Origin: an uncultured Actinomycetota bacterium
Lineage (GTDB): Bacteria; Actinomycetota; Actinomycetes; Mycobacteriales; Mycobacteriaceae
Assembly (NCBI GenBank): GCA_963743145.1
Contig: CAVUOR010000002.1
Coordinates: 43,022-107,021, forward strand
Length of the DNA stretch: 64,000 nucleotides
Direction of reading: 5' to 3'
The position numbers and the translations under genes were made by a program. Below, one piece after another: positions 1 through 10,737 of this stretch; the first letter of the stretch is position 1; every line of letters starts with the position of its first letter. Under the pieces are notes generated by a model, which was given only the letters and a program-made list of their open reading frames with translations, was not told where the DNA came from and did not search any database.

Positions 1-866
1 ATCGGCTTGCCGAAGGTATGGCGCTGCTGGGCGTAGCGCACGGCGAGCTCGAAGGCGCGCACGGCCACCCCGCAGGCTCTGGCCGACACGTTGACTCGGC
101 CGACTTCGATGCCGTCCATCATCTGGTAGAAACCCTGACCCGGGGTACCACCCAGGATGTCGTCGGCGCTGGCCACGTAACCGTCGAAGATGAGCTCGGT
201 GGTGTCAATACCCTTGTAGCCCAATTTGTCGATCTTGCCGGGTATCACCAGACCGGGTGCCACCTCGCCGAAGCCGGTTGGCTTCTCGATGAGGAATGCG
301 GTCAGATTGCGGTGCGGTGTTTCTGCTCCCTCGTCGGTACGAACCAACGCCGCCACCAAGGTAGAGCTGCCGCCATTGGTCAGCCACATCTTCTGGCCAT
401 TGATGGTGTAGCTGCCGTCGGCGTTGAGCGTGGCGCGGGTACGGATCGCGGCGACGTCGGAGCCCAACTCCGGCTCGGACATCGAGAACGCGCCGCGAAC
501 CTCACCGACTGCCATGCGCGGCAACAGCCGCTGCTTCTGCGCGTCGGTGCCGTGCTGACGCAGCATGTAGGCGACGATGAAGTGGGTATTGAGCACCCCC
601 GAGATGCTCATCCAGCCGCGTGCCAACTCTTCGACGCACAGCGCGTAGGTCAGCAGCGACTCACCCAGCCCGCCGTACTCCTCCGGGATCATCAGGCCGA
701 AGAGGCCCATCTCCCGCATCTGATCCACGATGGCCTGCGGATAGGTGTCGGTGCGCTCGAGCTCCGGCGCGTTGGGAATGACTTCCTTCTCGACGAATTG
801 CCTTACCGTGGCCATGATCTCGGTTTGGAATTCGGTCAGGCCGACCGTCTGGGCGAGTTTGGTCAT
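1..866 (-). CDS. Acyl-CoA dehydrogenase (3' part runs off window start)
   Basis: Manual translation from ATG at 866: MTKLAQTVGLTEFQTEI...IPEEYGGLG...FSMSEPELGSD...INGQKMWLTNG. AAGGAG RBS upstream. Absent from ORF track because it is open-ended. Confidence 0.9.
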   Translation of the reverse strand, partial: MTKLAQTVGLTEFQTEIMATVRQFVEKEVIPNAPELERTDTYPQAIVDQMREMGLFGLMIPEEYGGLGESLLTYALCVEELARGWMSISGVLNTHFIVAYMLRQHGTDAQKQRLLPRMAVGEVRGAFSMSEPELGSDVAAIRTRATLNADGSYTINGQKMWLTNGGSSTLVAALVRTDEGAETPHRNLTAFLIEKPTGFGEVAPGLVIPGKIDKLGYKGIDTTELIFDGYVASADDILGGTPGQGFYQMMDGIEVGRVNVSARACGVAVRAFELAVRYAQQRHTFGKP

Positions 867-886
867 GCGGCGCCTTTCTCCTTCGG

Positions 887-2080
887 TCAGAAGGCGATCG
901 TTTTCGCGCTGGTCAGCCGCTCGACGTCGGCTGCGCTCAATCCCAAACGCGCGGTGAGCAGGTCGGCGGTATCGCCACCGAGTCGGGGTGCAGGCTCGCT
1001 TGCGACATGGCGACCGTCGAAGATGGTCGGTATCCCCGGCGCGAGATAGTCGCCGAGGCCGTCTTGGTGCAGCCGGGAAAACAGCGGATTCGCGGTCACC
1101 CGTTCGTCTTCGGCGACCTGGGCGAAAGTCCGGTAGCGCTCGAACAACACGCTGGTGGCCGACAGGGTCTTGGTGATCTCCTCGGCGGTGTGTTCGGCGA
1201 ACCAGGTCGCGAAGAGCCCGCTGAGTACCTCGCGGTACCGATAGCGCTCGCCCTCGTCGCTGAAGTCCACACCGAGCGACTCGGCGAGCGCCGACACCGC
1301 TGCACTGGTACCCGACACCTCGACAAGGTCGCGAAAGTGACGCTTGGTCAATGTGACGACCATGAACGCGACACCGTCCCGACTGGTGAAGTCCTGACCG
1401 TACTGGCCATAGATCGCGTTGCCCAGGCGTTGGCGCTCAGTGCCGTTCACCTGAGGCTCCGTCAGCCACCCCAGGTTGCCTGCAATGGCCAACGCGACAT
1501 CCTCTAAGGCAATGCTGATATGGGCGCCGACTCCGGAATGGTCGCGGCGACGCACCGCGGCGATAACGGCGAGTGCCGCGTACAGACCGCAGCTCACATC
1601 CCAGGCCGGCAGCACGTGATTGATCGGACCGGCGTGGTTCGCCGGTCCGGTGACTAACGGAAATCCGGTTGCCGCGTTGACCGTGTAGTCCACGCCGGTG
1701 GAGCCATCACGCCGGCCGAGCAACTGTACGTGGATGACGTCGGCGCGTGTCGCGGCCAGCTGCTCGTACGATAACCAGGACAGGCCCGCAGCGTTGGTTA
1801 CCACGACACCGTCGCCCTCGACGATCAGTCGCTGGACCAACTCCTGGCCCTCAGATGAGCGCAAATCGATGGTGGCCGAGCGCTTTCCCTTGTTCAGCCC
1901 GGTCCAGTAAATCGACGTCCCGCTTTCGGCCAGCGGCCAACGGTGCACATCGGACGCGCCGCCGATGGGATCGACGCGTATCACCTCGGCACCTAATTGG
2001 CTCAACGTCATGCCGCACAACGGCGCTGCCACGAAGCTGGAGACCTCGATGACGGTCAGGTCGGCCAGCGGCATGTTCAC
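887..2080 (-). CDS. CoA-transferase family III (CaiB/BaiF), mesaconyl-CoA isomerase-like
   Basis: VIEVSSFVAAPLCGMTLSQLGAEVIRVDP, NKGKRS and VDYTVNA motifs. Confidence 0.85.
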   Translation of the reverse strand: MNMPLADLTVIEVSSFVAAPLCGMTLSQLGAEVIRVDPIGGASDVHRWPLAESGTSIYWTGLNKGKRSATIDLRSSEGQELVQRLIVEGDGVVVTNAAGLSWLSYEQLAATRADVIHVQLLGRRDGSTGVDYTVNAATGFPLVTGPANHAGPINHVLPAWDVSCGLYAALAVIAAVRRRDHSGVGAHISIALEDVALAIAGNLGWLTEPQVNGTERQRLGNAIYGQYGQDFTSRDGVAFMVVTLTKRHFRDLVEVSGTSAAVSALAESLGVDFSDEGERYRYREVLSGLFATWFAEHTAEEITKTLSATSVLFERYRTFAQVAEDERVTANPLFSRLHQDGLGDYLAPGIPTIFDGRHVASEPAPRLGGDTADLLTARLGLSAADVERLTSAKTIAF

Positions 2081-3300
2081 CTGGACTCAACCCGCTCGAA
2101 GATCGCCGCAAGTCCCTGTCCGCCGCCGATGCACATGGTTTCCAGCCCGTAGCGCGCCTCGCGCCGATTGAGTTCGCGGGCCAGCGTGGCCAGCATTCTG
2201 CCGCCGGTCGCGCCGACCGGATGACCCAGCGATATTCCCGAGCCGTGCACGTTCGTCCGCTCCCGGTCCGCGTCGCCGAAGCCCCACTGCCGCATCACGG
2301 CAAGAGCCTGCGCCGCGAACGCCTCGTTGAGTTCAATCAGATCGACGTCACTCAATTGCAGTCCCGCTTTGGCCAGCGCGACCTCGGTGGCCGGTACCGG
2401 GCCGATGCCCATCACGTCGGGCGCCACGGCTGCGACGCCCCACGACACCAGCCGCACCAGTGGTGCCAAGCCCAGTTCGTCGGCCTTCTCCGGCGTCATC
2501 ACCAGACACATCGACGCCGCATCGTTTTGTCCGCTGGCATTGCCCGCGGTCACGGTCGCGTCTGGGTCATGTTCCAGTAGAACTGGTTTGAGCTTGCTCA
2601 ACGATTCCAACGTGGTGTCGCCGCGGGGATGCTCGTCGGTGTCGATCAGCTCCTCGCCTCGGCGGGAGCGCACCGTAACCGGAATGATCTCCTCGGCCAG
2701 AATGCCATCCTTCTGCGCGGCCACCGCCCGCTGGTGCGATGCCACCGCGAGTTCGTCCTGCTCTTGTCGCGAGATGCTGTACTGCCGCCGAAGATTTTCC
2801 GCCGTCTCCAACATCCCGCCGGGCACCGGGTAATGACGGCCACCGGCGGTGGCGCGTCCTCGCGCGAGCCCGTCGTGCACCCGCACACCGCCGCGGGCAC
2901 CGCCCCAACGCATGTCGGTGGAGTAGAAGGCGACGTTGCTCATGCTCTCCGCGCCGCCTGCGACGACGACATCACTGTCGCCTGCGCTCACCTGCAGACA
3001 CGCCTGGATCACCGCCTGCAGACCCGACCCACAGCGCCGGTCGACCTGCATACCCGGAACCGTCACAGGCAAGCCGGAATCCAGTGCGACGACGCGCCCG
3101 ATCGCCGGCGCTTCACTGCTGGGATAGCAGTGCCCGAGAATGACGTCTTGCACCGATTCGGGAGCAATGCCGGTTCGGTCGAGCAGCCCGGTAAGTGCAG
3201 CGACACCGAGGTCGACGGCGGTCTGCGACTTGAACATTCCGCCGTAGCGGCCGATTGGCGTTCGAACCGGCTCGCAGATCACGGCTTCGCGCGTGCTCAC
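2077..3300 (-). CDS. Acetyl-CoA acetyltransferase (thiolase)
   Basis: [19 protein letters not shown] and CIGGGQG thiolase motifs. Confidence 0.95.
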   Translation of the reverse strand: MSTREAVICEPVRTPIGRYGGMFKSQTAVDLGVAALTGLLDRTGIAPESVQDVILGHCYPSSEAPAIGRVVALDSGLPVTVPGMQVDRRCGSGLQAVIQACLQVSAGDSDVVVAGGAESMSNVAFYSTDMRWGGARGGVRVHDGLARGRATAGGRHYPVPGGMLETAENLRRQYSISRQEQDELAVASHQRAVAAQKDGILAEEIIPVTVRSRRGEELIDTDEHPRGDTTLESLSKLKPVLLEHDPDATVTAGNASGQNDAASMCLVMTPEKADELGLAPLVRLVSWGVAAVAPDVMGIGPVPATEVALAKAGLQLSDVDLIELNEAFAAQALAVMRQWGFGDADRERTNVHGSGISLGHPVGATGGRMLATLARELNRREARYGLETMCIGGGQGLAAIFERVESR

Positions 3301-4049
3301 ATGAATCGTCCCCCGGTCACGTCCAGCACCGTCCCGGTCATGTAGGAGGACAGGTCGGAGGCTAAGAACAACGCGACGTTGGCGACCTCGCTTGGCTCAC
3401 CGGCCCGACCCATCGGTACCTCCGCGACTTTGGCGTCCCAAATGCGTTGTGGCATAGCTTCGGTCATCGCGGACCGGATCAAGCCGGGCGCGATTGCATT
3501 TACCCGCACGCCGAGATGGGCTAGTTCCTTGGCGGCGGCCTTGGTCATGCCCACGATCCCCGCCTTGGCCGCCGAGTAGTTGGTCTGGCCGACCATCCCG
3601 ACCTTTCCGGACAGCGACGACATGTTCACGATCGCGCCGCGCTTGTTCTCCCGCATGATCGCCGCTGCTTTCCGCAGCCCGTTCCAGGTCCCCTTCAGAT
3701 GCACGGCGATGACCTGATCGAATTCCTCGTCGGTCATCTTGCGCATCGTCGCGTCGCGGGTGATGCCGGCGTTGTTGACCATGATGTCCAGCCCGCCGAA
3801 CCGGTCAACGGCAGTCGCGACCAGTGTGTCGACGTCGACGGAGGAGGTCACATCGCAGCGCACCGCCAGGGCGGCCCCTCCAGTTTTCAAGTCACCGCCG
3901 AGTTGCGCCGCGGCAGACTCGGTTGCTTCGAGATTCACGTCGCCGAGCACGACTCGTGCCCCCTCGGCAACGAACAGCTGCGCTATGGCAAAACCCAGTC
4001 CTTGGGCACCGCCGGTGATTACCGCGGTCTGGCCTTTCAGCAACGACAC
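3297..4049 (-). CDS. FabG-like 3-oxoacyl reductase (SDR)
   Basis: [21 protein letters not shown]. Start placed at GTG 4049. Confidence 0.9.
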   Translation of the reverse strand: MSLLKGQTAVITGGAQGLGFAIAQLFVAEGARVVLGDVNLEATESAAAQLGGDLKTGGAALAVRCDVTSSVDVDTLVATAVDRFGGLDIMVNNAGITRDATMRKMTDEEFDQVIAVHLKGTWNGLRKAAAIMRENKRGAIVNMSSLSGKVGMVGQTNYSAAKAGIVGMTKAAAKELAHLGVRVNAIAPGLIRSAMTEAMPQRIWDAKVAEVPMGRAGEPSEVANVALFLASDLSSYMTGTVLDVTGGRFM

Positions 4050-4098
4050 CTGATCACCTGTCCTCCCACATACACCCGAACCCGGGACATCATCGCAC

Positions 4099-4117
4099 AT
4101 CATATTTCATATATGAT
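4099..4117. promoter_or_regulatory. Inverted-repeat operator ATCATAT-N5-ATATGAT between divergent genes
   Basis: Perfect 7-bp AT-rich inverted repeat in the short divergent intergenic region. Confidence 0.6.
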
Positions 4118-4171
4118 CGCGCGTGCTCCCTGCGATGACACCCTGCAGGGCCCGGGAAGGAGAGTCGATCC

Positions 4172-5338
4172 ATGGCCGCTGCCGTCGTTAACGACGAAGA
4201 TTTCCAGCAGATCCTCAAGCAGACCAGGCAGTTCGTCCGAACCGTCGTCGTCCCGCGGGAGCAGGAAATTCTGTCGACCGACCAGGTGCCGGATGATCTC
4301 CGGGACCAGGCCAAGGCCATGGGGTTGTTCGGGTACGCCATTCCGCAGGAGTGGGGTGGCCTCGGGCTCGATATCACCCAGGATGTCGAGCTGGCGATGG
4401 AGCTGGGCTACACCTCGCTGGCACTTCGCTCGATGTTCGGCACCAACAACGGCATCGCCGGTCAAGTCCTGGTCGGGTTTGGCACCGACGAGCAGAAGGC
4501 CCGCTGGCTGGAAGCACTGGCGTCCGGAAAGGTCGCCTCGTTCGCCCTGACCGAGTCGGGCGCGGGATCGAATCCGGCGGGATTGCGTACAAAAGCCGTT
4601 CAGAACAACGGGGATTGGGTGATCTCCGGTGAGAAGCGGTTCATCACCAACGCGCCGGTCGCGGATCTGTTCGTGGTCTTCGCCCGGACCCGTCCCGCCG
4701 ACGACGCGGGCCCGGGCATCGCTGTTTTCTTGGTTCCGGCGGACACAGCGGGTGTGGAGGTCGGCACCAAGGACGCCAAGATGGGGCAGGAAGGCGCCTG
4801 GACCGCTGACGTCCGCTTCACCGATGTGCGCGTCCCGGCGAGCGCGCTGGTGGGCGGCAGCGAGGACATCGGCTATCGGGCGGCGATGACGTCCCTGGCC
4901 CGCGGGCGGATCCACATCGCCGCGCTGGCCGTCGGAACCGCCCAGCGCGCGCTGGACGAATCCGTGACGTACGCGGCGACCGCCACCCAGGGCGGCACCC
5001 CGATCGGGAACTTCCAGCTTGTCCAGGCGATGATCGCCGACCAGCAGACCGGGGTGATGGCCGGTCGCGCCCTCGTCCGAGATGCCGCTCGGCTGTGGAT
5101 CACCGAACAGGACCGGCGGATCGCGCCGTCGGCGGCGAAGGTGTTCTGCACCGAAATGGCCGGCAAGGTAGCTGATCTCGCCGTCCAAATTCACGGCGGG
5201 AGCGGATACATGCGCGAGGTGCCGGTGGAGCGCATCTATCGCGACGTGCGCCTGCTGCGACTGTACGAGGGAACCAGCGAGATTCAACGGCTGATCATTG
5301 GGTCGAATCTGGTCAAGGCGGCCCAGCGCCGGCAGTGA
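4172..5338 (+). CDS. Acyl-CoA dehydrogenase
   Basis: FALTESGAGSN, GEKRFITNA, QIHGGSGY, YEGTSEIQR. Confidence 0.95.
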   Translation: MAAAVVNDEDFQQILKQTRQFVRTVVVPREQEILSTDQVPDDLRDQAKAMGLFGYAIPQEWGGLGLDITQDVELAMELGYTSLALRSMFGTNNGIAGQVLVGFGTDEQKARWLEALASGKVASFALTESGAGSNPAGLRTKAVQNNGDWVISGEKRFITNAPVADLFVVFARTRPADDAGPGIAVFLVPADTAGVEVGTKDAKMGQEGAWTADVRFTDVRVPASALVGGSEDIGYRAAMTSLARGRIHIAALAVGTAQRALDESVTYAATATQGGTPIGNFQLVQAMIADQQTGVMAGRALVRDAARLWITEQDRRIAPSAAKVFCTEMAGKVADLAVQIHGGSGYMREVPVERIYRDVRLLRLYEGTSEIQRLIIGSNLVKAAQRRQ

Positions 5339-5419
5339 CGACCCGGTGGCCGACGACGCCACAGCTGCAGGACGTTATTATCGTTCGCGTTACAGTGGCC
5401 TTTACGATATGGAGCGCAC

Positions 5420-6241
5420 ATGACTGGCCGGCTAACGGACAAGGTGGCGTTTATCACCGGGGCGGCACGAGGCCAGGGCCGCGCCCACGCCGTCCGGATG
5501 GCTCGCGAGGGTGCCGACATCATCGCCATCGATATCGCGGGAAAGCTTCCGTCATGTGTGGCCTATGACTCGGCGACTCCGGAAGACCTGGCCGAAACCG
5601 TTCGGCTCGTCGAAGCGACTGACCGTCGAATTGTCGCTTCAGCAGTCGATATCCGCGATTTCGACGGCCTGCGTGAGACGGTGGCCGACGGCGTGGCCGC
5701 GCTGGGGCGATTGGACATCATTGTCGCCAACGCGGGCATCTCGGCACCGCAGGTGTGGAACGAGATCACTCCCGAATCCTTTCGCGACGTCATGGACGTG
5801 AACGTGACGGGAACATGGAACACGGTGATGGCCGGGGCGCAGAAAGTCATCGACGGCGGTCGCGGCGGGTCCATCATCCTGATCAGCTCTGCAGCCGGCA
5901 TCAAAATGCAGCCCTTCATGGTTCACTACACCGCCAGCAAGCACGCCGTAACGGGGATGGCTCGCGCCTTCGCCGCCGAATTGGGCAGGCATTCGATCCG
6001 GGTCAACAGCGTGCACCCCGGCCCGGTCAACACCGCCATGGGAAGCGGCGACATGGTTCAGGCGGTGGCCAAGGCGACCGACACCTATCCGCAGTTGGCG
6101 AACGTGCTCACGCCGTTCCTGCCGAACTGGGTCGCCCAGCCCGAAGACATCGCCGACGCGGTGTGCTGGTTGGCCAGCGACGAATCACGAAACGTCACCG
6201 CCGCGGCGATCTCGGTCGATCAAGGTTCCACGCAGTACTGA
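5420..6241 (+). CDS. Mycofactocin-coupled SDR family oxidoreductase
   Basis: TGAARGQGRAHAVRMAREGADIIAID N-terminus, YTASK, VNSVHP. Confidence 0.85.
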   Translation: MTGRLTDKVAFITGAARGQGRAHAVRMAREGADIIAIDIAGKLPSCVAYDSATPEDLAETVRLVEATDRRIVASAVDIRDFDGLRETVADGVAALGRLDIIVANAGISAPQVWNEITPESFRDVMDVNVTGTWNTVMAGAQKVIDGGRGGSIILISSAAGIKMQPFMVHYTASKHAVTGMARAFAAELGRHSIRVNSVHPGPVNTAMGSGDMVQAVAKATDTYPQLANVLTPFLPNWVAQPEDIADAVCWLASDESRNVTAAAISVDQGSTQY

Positions 6242-6325
6242 TTCGACCTCCGCCGAGCGCGCGTGTTTGCACACCGACACGCCGACAAACGCGGCATTCT
6301 ATGCACGCTCGCCGTAGAAAGTTCA

Positions 6326-7390
6326 CTATCCGATGAGCTCCAGTGTGCGAAGGTCACGGATCGCCTGGCAGCCGCGAGACAACATGGTGAGCACCATGTC
6401 GTCACCGCGGTCGGTAGCGGCGGCGAAGGCGAATCCCAACGCTGAGATCAGCAGCGCCTGTGGCATGCCGAGCCGGTAATCACGCCAGCAGGTTTCGCGG
6501 TCATAGCCGGTCACACCATAGCCGGAAAGAGCCCGGTGGTATTCGTCGACAAGGTCTTTCTCGATCGCTGCGCGCAGTTCCGGCTTGAGGCTGGTTGCGG
6601 TGAAATAAGCCAAATCCCTTGCGGGCAGCCCCACCCCGAGCGTCTGCCAATCCACCACCGTGACCCTGCTGGCGTCCGGATAGAACAACATGTTGTCCAG
6701 ACGGTAGTCGCCGTGCAGCAGGGCGAACCGATCCTGTTCGGCGAGCAGCCAAGGAGCCACCAAACCCATTGCGGCGGTGAAGGTTTCTCGGTCGGCCGCA
6801 CTCATGCGGTCGCCGAGCTTGTCCAAGGTGATGTCGAGACTCATTCTTGCGACCTCGCCCAGACCTTTGGCTGACGCTTCGTCGGGTCGGGTGAAAGCAA
6901 TCCCGGCGAAATCCAGCCAGACCGGATCACACCAGCTGGGCCCGTGCAGACCGGCCAACGCCGTGACGGCCAGCCTCGCCTCCTGCTCACCGCAGCCCGC
7001 GATCTGGTCGCCCTGCGCCGCGGGCGCCTGATCGGCGAGCAGCAGGGCATAGTTCATCGCGTCGTCGCTGATCTCGCAGTAGAAGCAATCCGGCGTCGGT
7101 ACCTGTACCCGGTCGGCGACGGCGGCGTAGAAGGCGCATTCACTGCGGTAGCCGATGATCACCCGGTCGCGCACCGTGTCGTCCTGAGCGGGCAATTTGA
7201 TCACGAAGGTTTCAGGCAAGCCTTCCGCATCACCCGCGTACTTCGCCGACACCCGATAGGTCGCACCGGTCTGTCCCGTACCGATTGCGGTCACGTCCAC
7301 CGCGGTTACCCGCACGGTGGTGTCGTCCCTGCCCAGTGCAGCTGATAGCCACTCGGCGGTGATGTCGCCCGGGTATCGGGGAATGGACAT
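6326..7390 (-). CDS. Phosphotransferase (APH/ecdysteroid-kinase-like)
   Basis: IGTGQ, LLHGDYRLDN and VVDWQ kinase-fold motifs. Start placed at ATG 7390. Confidence 0.85.
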   Translation of the reverse strand: MSIPRYPGDITAEWLSAALGRDDTTVRVTAVDVTAIGTGQTGATYRVSAKYAGDAEGLPETFVIKLPAQDDTVRDRVIIGYRSECAFYAAVADRVQVPTPDCFYCEISDDAMNYALLLADQAPAAQGDQIAGCGEQEARLAVTALAGLHGPSWCDPVWLDFAGIAFTRPDEASAKGLGEVARMSLDITLDKLGDRMSAADRETFTAAMGLVAPWLLAEQDRFALLHGDYRLDNMLFYPDASRVTVVDWQTLGVGLPARDLAYFTATSLKPELRAAIEKDLVDEYHRALSGYGVTGYDRETCWRDYRLGMPQALLISALGFAFAAATDRGDDMVLTMLSRGCQAIRDLRTLELIG

Positions 7391-7646
7391 CGCGGTACTC
7401 GCCCATATCTTGCCTTCAGGCCCCATCGCCAACACGTGCCTCCGGAACACTAGTACTCGGGCGTTCAGGCCCGACCGACCCGACAACTGTAAGCCAGACG
7501 GCATGAGTCGCCGCCATCCCATCGATTACGCAGCCGCAGGCAACCGCAATAAATCAGGAACCCGTTCCATGCGGGCGCAGCGTTGCGATAATGGTAGGTC
7601 GCTGCCGGCAGACAGCATTGACTCAATCCGACGGGCGGAATGTGCT

Positions 7647-9080
7647 GTGAAGCGGCTCAACGGCATGGATGCGCTGTTGCTGTATAGCGAGACACCGAAC
7701 CTGCACACCCATACGTTGAAGGTTGCCGTCGTCGACACCGCGGATTACTCGGGTGAGTTCAATTTCGAGCTCGTCCGTCGAACATTCTGCGAACGGCTGC
7801 CTCTGCTCGATCCGTTCCGCTACCAGCTTGTCGATATTCCGTGGCGGCTGCATCACCCGATGTGGCTGGAGAATTGCGACGTTGACCTCGATTACCACCT
7901 GCGGCGAGTGCGGGTACCGGCTCCCGGCGGACGGCGGGAGCTCGACGAGGTCGTCGGTCAGGTCGCCAGCACCCCGCTGGACCGGCGCCGCCCGTTATGG
8001 GAGTTTTACTTCGCCGAAGGCATGGCAGATGAAAAGTTCGCTCTCATCGGCAAGGTCCACCATGCATTGGCCGACGGGGTGGCATCGGCGAATCTCCTTG
8101 CCAACGCCATGGATCCGAAAGAACCCGTGCGGATTACCCCACCGAGCGTCGGCAATTGTCTACCGCCGAGGAGAGCCGAACTGCTACGGGCAGCCGGGCG
8201 AGACCATGCACAGCAGGTCGCAGCACTGCCGGCCGTGATCAAAGACGCAGCTTCCGGCTTTTGGCGGATGCAGCGGCACTCACGGCAACGGGTCGAGCAA
8301 CCCGACCTGGCTCGGCCCTTGCGGGCGCCGCCGACATTCATCAACCATGTGGTGCCGCCCGCGAGGAGAATAGCGACCGCGACACTCTCGCTCGCACAGG
8401 CAAAAGAGACCGCCAAGCACCTGCAGATCACCCTCAATGTCGTCGTGCTGGCGATCGCGGCGGGAGCATTACGCGAGCTTTTGCTCCGTTACGACGGTAG
8501 GGCCGATCGTCCGCTCATCGCGTCAATCCTGGCCAGTACCAACAAGTCACCGGACCGGATCACCGGCAATGAGCTGAGCGGAATGGCCGTCTCGATCCCG
8601 GTGCACATCGACGATCCGGTGGAGCGCGTCCGGCTGACCTCGCTCGCAAGCGAAAGAGCCAAAGAAGACTACGAACTGCTCGGACCTGATACGTACGGCA
8701 GGCTAATTGACTATCTGCCCCCCATTGCGGCCCCCTCGGCGTTTAGATGGTTGTCGAAGAGGAGCGGCCGCAACAGGCTCTTCAACCTCCCGATCTCGAA
8801 CGTGGCGGGCCCACGTGAGCGTGGCCACTTGGGCGGCGCCCCGGTCAGTGAGATCTATTCGGCTGGTCCACTGCCGCCCGGCTGCGGCATCAACATCACG
8901 GTGTGGAGCTACGTCGACCAGCTCAATATCTCGGTGATCGCCGATGATCGCACACTCGACGACACCCACGAAGTCACCGACGCGATGTTCCACTCGTTCT
9001 CCGAAATACGCACTGCGTCAGGGCTTTCCGGCGAGTTGACCGAGGTGCGCACGGCGATGCCCCGGGCCAGCGCTGTTTAG
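7647..9080 (+). CDS. Wax ester synthase/diacylglycerol acyltransferase (WS/DGAT)
   Basis: KRLNGMDA N-terminus, HHALADG catalytic motif, SNVAGP. Confidence 0.93.
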   Translation: MKRLNGMDALLLYSETPNLHTHTLKVAVVDTADYSGEFNFELVRRTFCERLPLLDPFRYQLVDIPWRLHHPMWLENCDVDLDYHLRRVRVPAPGGRRELDEVVGQVASTPLDRRRPLWEFYFAEGMADEKFALIGKVHHALADGVASANLLANAMDPKEPVRITPPSVGNCLPPRRAELLRAAGRDHAQQVAALPAVIKDAASGFWRMQRHSRQRVEQPDLARPLRAPPTFINHVVPPARRIATATLSLAQAKETAKHLQITLNVVVLAIAAGALRELLLRYDGRADRPLIASILASTNKSPDRITGNELSGMAVSIPVHIDDPVERVRLTSLASERAKEDYELLGPDTYGRLIDYLPPIAAPSAFRWLSKRSGRNRLFNLPISNVAGPRERGHLGGAPVSEIYSAGPLPPGCGINITVWSYVDQLNISVIADDRTLDDTHEVTDAMFHSFSEIRTASGLSGELTEVRTAMPRASAV

Positions 9081-9086
9081 CGTTGT

Positions 9087-9902
9087 TCAGCCAAGCACTG
9101 GAAGCCTTCGCTGCCGCGCCAAACCGTCGAGGGCAGTCTGCATCACCGACCGCACGTGAGCATCAACTTGGTCGACGTCGGGGTTCTCGCCAAACAGCGC
9201 GACGGGGTCGATCGGTTTCAATACCTCGGTGACGATTTTCGTCGGCAAAGGGAAGTTGATCGGGACGAGCATGCTTAGCCCGAACGGAAACCCTATCGTC
9301 AGCGGCAAAATATCGGAGCGCAGCCGCTTGAGCCCCAGTCGTTTTGCCAGCCACGTTCCCCGATTCAGAAACAGCTGGCTCTCTTGACCGCCGATCGACA
9401 CCGTCGGCACGATCGGCACTCTGGCGTCGATCGCGGTCCTGACATAGCCGACGCGACCGTTGAAGTCGATGACATTCTGGGCCAGGGTCGGCCTATACGC
9501 GTCGTAGACGCCCCCGGGAAACGTGAGAACAATGCCGCCTGAGCGTAGCGAGGCGACGGCGTTCTTCTGGCCGGCGTGGATGAGACCGATGCGGGTCATC
9601 CAATCCGCCAACGGTCCGACGAAAAGACCGTCGTGACCGAGAGTGTATAGCGGGCGCTGGTAGCCAAAAGCGTCGTAGAAGGCCGAAGCGAAGATCAGCA
9701 CATCGGGGGTGAGCATGCCACCGGAGTGGTTGGAAACCACCAGCGCCCCTCCGTTGGGCGGCAATGATTTCACGCCCCGTACTTCGGGACGAAACCAGCG
9801 CTTGGTCAACGGGGCTGCCGTGTTGATCAGTCTTTTGGTGAGTTCAGGGTCCCAGCCGGCGGAATCGTCGCTGCCCATGTCGTCTGCCGTCATATCTTCC
9901 AT
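9087..9902 (-). CDS. Lysophospholipid acyltransferase family protein
   Basis: VVSNHSGG (NHx4D-type) and FPGG motifs. Confidence 0.88.
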   Translation of the reverse strand: MEDMTADDMGSDDSAGWDPELTKRLINTAAPLTKRWFRPEVRGVKSLPPNGGALVVSNHSGGMLTPDVLIFASAFYDAFGYQRPLYTLGHDGLFVGPLADWMTRIGLIHAGQKNAVASLRSGGIVLTFPGGVYDAYRPTLAQNVIDFNGRVGYVRTAIDARVPIVPTVSIGGQESQLFLNRGTWLAKRLGLKRLRSDILPLTIGFPFGLSMLVPINFPLPTKIVTEVLKPIDPVALFGENPDVDQVDAHVRSVMQTALDGLARQRRLPVLG

Positions 9903-9928
9903 GTCGTCAACGATCTTAATCTAGAGCT

Positions 9929-9944
9929 GAACAAAGATTTGGTC
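9929..9944. promoter_or_regulatory. Palindromic operator copy 1 (GAACAAAGATTTGGTC)
   Basis: Matches a 16-bp motif seen seven times in intergenic DNA. Upstream of the acyltransferase. Confidence 0.7.
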
Positions 9945-9955
9945 AAGGTGGAGTG

Positions 9956-10598
9956 TCAGCCGGCTAGCCGACGACGCAACAGGGGTACGCCGGGCCCGTC
10001 GAGCATCTGAAGCAGGGCTGTACGGCCGACGACGCTCATCATCAAAGCGGCGACCGGCCCATGGATCGCAGCTCCACTGCCCCAGGACCGATCAATATCT
10101 GTGCCGTGCAGAGAAATGCCCCGCAGCCGACCCAGCGGCACGAAACCAAATGGCCACGGTCCGGTGAGAAATTTCAGCGCCAATGCGCTCAACTCCGGAT
10201 CGGGCTGGAAAGGGCAACCCGAGAGGAATCCTGATGTCACCGCTATGCACCAGGATGTCGGCGAGAGGGTCAAGCGGTCCGAACAGCGGCGGACTCAGCG
10301 GGTAGTCGGCGTCCCTACGTAGCGTGGCAGTAATCTCGCTGGTCGGCAATTGGGCGCGGCGACGCGCAAGTTCGTCAATCGCGCGAGCCATACTCTTACG
10401 GCGCGTCGCGCGTCCCATGAAAACCCAAAAGCTGTCGGCGAATACGCTGAGCACGTGGGCTGCCACCGTTTTGACATCCCAGCCGGCGCAGAGGCTGGGT
10501 GTGGCCAACTGTTCCTCATCCAGATCGTCAATCAGATCGGCGATCTGACGCCGCTGGCTAGCCACAGCACTAAATACCAGGGTGCGATCGACGGCCAC
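9956..10598 (-). pseudogene. Maleylpyruvate isomerase-family (mycothiol-dependent, DinB-like) protein, frameshifted near 10210
   Basis: TPSLCAGWDVKTVAAH and ILVHSGDIR in one frame; C-terminus (TDIDRSWGSG..IHGP..ALMM..GR) in another. The shift may be a sequencing error. Confidence 0.75.
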
Positions 10599-10640
10599 AG
10601 GTCGTTCCCTTCCCCGCGACCACGAATCCTGAATCTAACG

Positions 10641-10656
10641 AACCGAATATTTGTTC
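10641..10656. promoter_or_regulatory. Palindromic operator copy 2 (AACCGAATATTTGTTC)
   Basis: Same motif, about 40 bp upstream of the 10598 start. Confidence 0.7.
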
Positions 10657-10737
10657 CCCAGACTAGCGAGAAGAACTTCGACCGTCAATGAGCGGACCGA
10701 CCCGATCGAGAAGAGACTTACCGGCAACCGATCTGGC

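Noticed and set aside
18-1049. Long + strand ORF and similar shadow ORFs (4100-5362, 18466-19371, 30080-31282, 31396-32592, 51580-52491)
   Set aside because: Antisense to clearly recognisable genes; typical high-GC shadow frames with no motifs.
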